Shown in pieces: positions 61,566 through 64,000 of a stretch of DNA of 64,000 nucleotides (its first letter is position 1; each line of letters starts with the position of its first letter). A program made the translations under genes and the position numbers. Under the pieces are notes generated by a model. That model ran no database searches. It was not told where the DNA came from and worked only from the letters and a program-made list of their open reading frames with translations. This DNA comes from Macrostomum lignano (Eukaryota), in the NCBI GenBank assembly GCA_002269645.1, contig NIVC01002455.1, positions 1 to 64,000 on the forward strand, read 5' to 3'.

Positions 61566-64000
61566 ATGATGAAGCTTATATTGTTGATGCTACTAAGCCT
61601 TCTAATTTGTTCTGCATCAGGTGAACAGATGCCACGTTTTGTCTATTCTCAGTCTGCCAAGCTGCTTCTTGTCTGGAATGATGTTTGGGAAGCTGGAACA
61701 CAGAACTCCATGGTTCTTCTTAGCTCAAACAGCAAAATCACACTCAGAATTCGAGTTGATGGCGTGGCCAGCGGATCCGGTCTCAAGCGAACTCTTTTGT
61801 ATAGTTGCCCAACAAAGTCCTCGGTGGGTTCAATTAACTTGACATCTGTGACTACTAGTCCAACATCACCGCTATGTAGCTCAGACATCGCATTCACACT
61901 GAGGGCCACAGCCACAAGTGACGAATTCGAACTGACAATGTCAAGTTCTTCTCTAACCTATTCCACCGTGTTTTCATCTAACGTGATCCTGACCGCAAAG
62001 GTGGAATATTCTGGTGGAGTTTTGATGTCCAACAACCTGACAATGTGGAACTTGGACCCTATCAGCGACTTTCCGGCAAGTTCGTCAAGTCCTAGCGGAT
62101 ATGATCGGCGCTTTCTCACAGAGAACTCAATTCTTCTGCTGACTCGAATGAATTTAGGATCGGGAGAGTTCAACAGCACCGATTTTATAGACAACCGGCT
62201 AGTGTCTGCAGTGCAGTCTGCTCCAATGTTCTTCAGGCAGAAGCTGAATTTAGGCGCGATTTTACATCTTGATCCGAGTGGTTGTTCAAATGTTCAGTAC
62301 GACCGTGCATACATGTTCACCACATACGACTCCAAGATAACTAGTGTCCAAATGACTCGAATGAAGACTATGTACCTCGACCGAAAAACTGGGCAGCTTT
62401 GGTATTCGAGGTGTCAGTTGCACCATGCAGTCCATCAGTTATATTTGGATAGAGGATCTCCTTCCGCAATCGGCATTTGCTTGTCAGTTTCCTTCTCAGG
62501 CGATGTTGTGCCATACGCAAAGATTAGTGCCGTAAGAGAGCGCATTCTTAGCTCAGATTTTTCTTATTCGACCTGTTCTGAACCTCGGAGTGGAAACTGT
62601 ATGCTAGTGCCAGACACCGAGCAAAACGTCACCATCTATTCAAGCATGGACAACACTCCGTTGGTGTGCCCGATTGTCTGCGCTGATTCAGCAACTTCGT
62701 TCACATTTTATCAAAATGGTCAGAAGCTGATACCAGCTTCTTCTGACTGGAGCGACTTTGGAGCGCAAGGTGTTCGGATTGCGAGAACTTCGAACATCAT
62801 TGAGTTTTCCAAAGATGTCACGTCAAGCCAGGCCGGTGAGTACAGGTGTATCGCTGGGGGCGCCAGCTTTACCTACTATGTTTCGGTTGTCTCAATGCCA
62901 ACATTCTCAGCGAGTATTGGTGGTCAAACCGCCACTGTACCCTCAAAGGTGTTCGCCATGCAGGGTGAGAGTCTGTCCTACAGCTGTGGAGTAACATACT
63001 CGGGTCTCAGCTCAACAGTGTCGTTGCAGCCTCTGTTCTTTCTGCCCTCCGTGTCCAGTAGCGTTTTGACATGGACTGAGCAAAGTGTGGCGAGTTTTAA
63101 TAATTTTGTCAGTCCCAGTGGCAGTTCAGCCGTCAGTATCAGCACGCCAGCAGTTGGAGCTGGAGTTCAGCTGATGAATGTCTCAATTCAAAGTGTACCA
63201 CCTCAGCATCCAAGTTTTGGTTACAATTTTACTCACAGATTCTTGTGCAATGCCACAGTGTCAGGAACCGATGCAGCAAACTTGGGAATGTCCAGCTATG
63301 GCACACAAAGTGGCGGTGACATTGTGTATGTCCCTCGACCAACAAAGGAGAACTTCGTTCTAGGTGAAAATAATGACTGTGCAACACAAAAGTGTCACCT
63401 TGGAAACGGTGCGACGTTCAATTTCGCTCTTAGTCGTGAGTACTCGTCCTACTTGAATTATATTGGAGTGGATGTGGATTTGTTCCTTCGCATCGACAAT
63501 CTTCTACTGACTGACGTTAAGATTCTCATGAGCAGCAACGTTTCAATCATTAGGTCGAACTGGACAAGCATCAGTTACGAGATATTGCCGATCACGGATG
63601 AAGCAGTTCGAACTGAGCTGCAGAAGCGAAGCAGCCTGACTCCGGTGTACAACTTTCGGTATAGAAATGGGTCCGAAATGGGCAATGCGAAAATTCAGAA
63701 GGGTCGATATGGATCACCGACTGTCGCTCTCGGTTCAAAAGACTGTCGTACAGATCCGTTGTGTTTTTACTCGACTGACTTTGATGCCTCTGGCAGCTTG
63801 AGCTTCCTTTCCGTCACTCTGGACTTCAAAAAACCGCAGCCGCCACTGTCGACCGCCAACATGACAATAATGATAGTGGTTATTGTCGTTTGTGTTGTGC
63901 TAATCATTGTCTTGATTGTACTTGTTGTCTACTTTGCCAAGCGCGAACCGGCAAAGAGTTACGCCCTGGAGGAGAAGGAGCTGGAGCAGGGGCGCAATCC
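61566..64000 (+). CDS. Ig-superfamily type I transmembrane protein, single open frame of >811 codons running off the window end
   Basis: Manual translation from ATG 61566 is stop-free to 64000 (not in the ORF track because it has no stop). Signal peptide MMKLILLMLLSLLICSASG; Ig motifs C...FTFYQNG...DVTSSQAGEYRC and SYSC...W...FLCNATV; TM at 63861-63938 (MTIMIVVIVVCVVLIIVLIVLVVYFA); cytoplasmic KREPAKSYALEEKE. Confidence 0.85.
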   Translation, partial: MMKLILLMLLSLLICSASGEQMPRFVYSQSAKLLLVWNDVWEAGTQNSMVLLSSNSKITLRIRVDGVASGSGLKRTLLYSCPTKSSVGSINLTSVTTSPTSPLCSSDIAFTLRATATSDEFELTMSSSSLTYSTVFSSNVILTAKVEYSGGVLMSNNLTMWNLDPISDFPASSSSPSGYDRRFLTENSILLLTRMNLGSGEFNSTDFIDNRLVSAVQSAPMFFRQKLNLGAILHLDPSGCSNVQYDRAYMFTTYDSKITSVQMTRMKTMYLDRKTGQLWYSRCQLHHAVHQLYLDRGSPSAIGICLSVSFSGDVVPYAKISAVRERILSSDFSYSTCSEPRSGNCMLVPDTEQNVTIYSSMDNTPLVCPIVCADSATSFTFYQNGQKLIPASSDWSDFGAQGVRIARTSNIIEFSKDVTSSQAGEYRCIAGGASFTYYVSVVSMPTFSASIGGQTATVPSKVFAMQGESLSYSCGVTYSGLSSTVSLQPLFFLPSVSSSVLTWTEQSVASFNNFVSPSGSSAVSISTPAVGAGVQLMNVSIQSVPPQHPSFGYNFTHRFLCNATVSGTDAANLGMSSYGTQSGGDIVYVPRPTKENFVLGENNDCATQKCHLGNGATFNFALSREYSSYLNYIGVDVDLFLRIDNLLLTDVKILMSSNVSIIRSNWTSISYEILPITDEAVRTELQKRSSLTPVYNFRYRNGSEMGNAKIQKGRYGSPTVALGSKDCRTDPLCFYSTDFDASGSLSFLSVTLDFKKPQPPLSTANMTIMIVVIVVCVVLIIVLIVLVVYFAKREPAKSYALEEKELEQGRN

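Overview
Repeat-rich, intron-containing animal genomic DNA. TTAGGG telomere-type repeats, GT-AG introns and the DEG/ENaC, PLAC8 and class A GPCR genes all point to an invertebrate; the style is compatible with a Macrostomum-type flatworm, but the species cannot be confirmed from the sequence. Genes: a PLAC8-family gene, two tandem DEG/ENaC channel paralogues (the second has an in-frame TAG just before TM2), an orphan rhodopsin-class GPCR with an NRY motif, an orphan three-exon gene containing a 3-kb 30-bp minisatellite, a 14-exon MFS transporter, and an intronless >811-aa Ig-superfamily type I membrane protein that runs off the window end and is absent from the ORF track. Mobile DNA: a Ty3/Gypsy pol 3' fragment, Tc1/IS630-like remnants, two tRNA-head CORE-like SINEs and several minisatellites. 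The most striking structure spans 33457-59564. It is a non-coding fold-back element with ~4.6-kb near-identical arms, a 214-bp spacer and a 6-bp target duplication (CATGTA). Its right arm is split by a 16.7-kb minus-strand Helitron-like composite containing nine head-to-tail ~1.2-kb mini-Helitron-like units, eight short TTAGGG tracts, a 23-bp satellite and an oppositely oriented CCCTAA tract.
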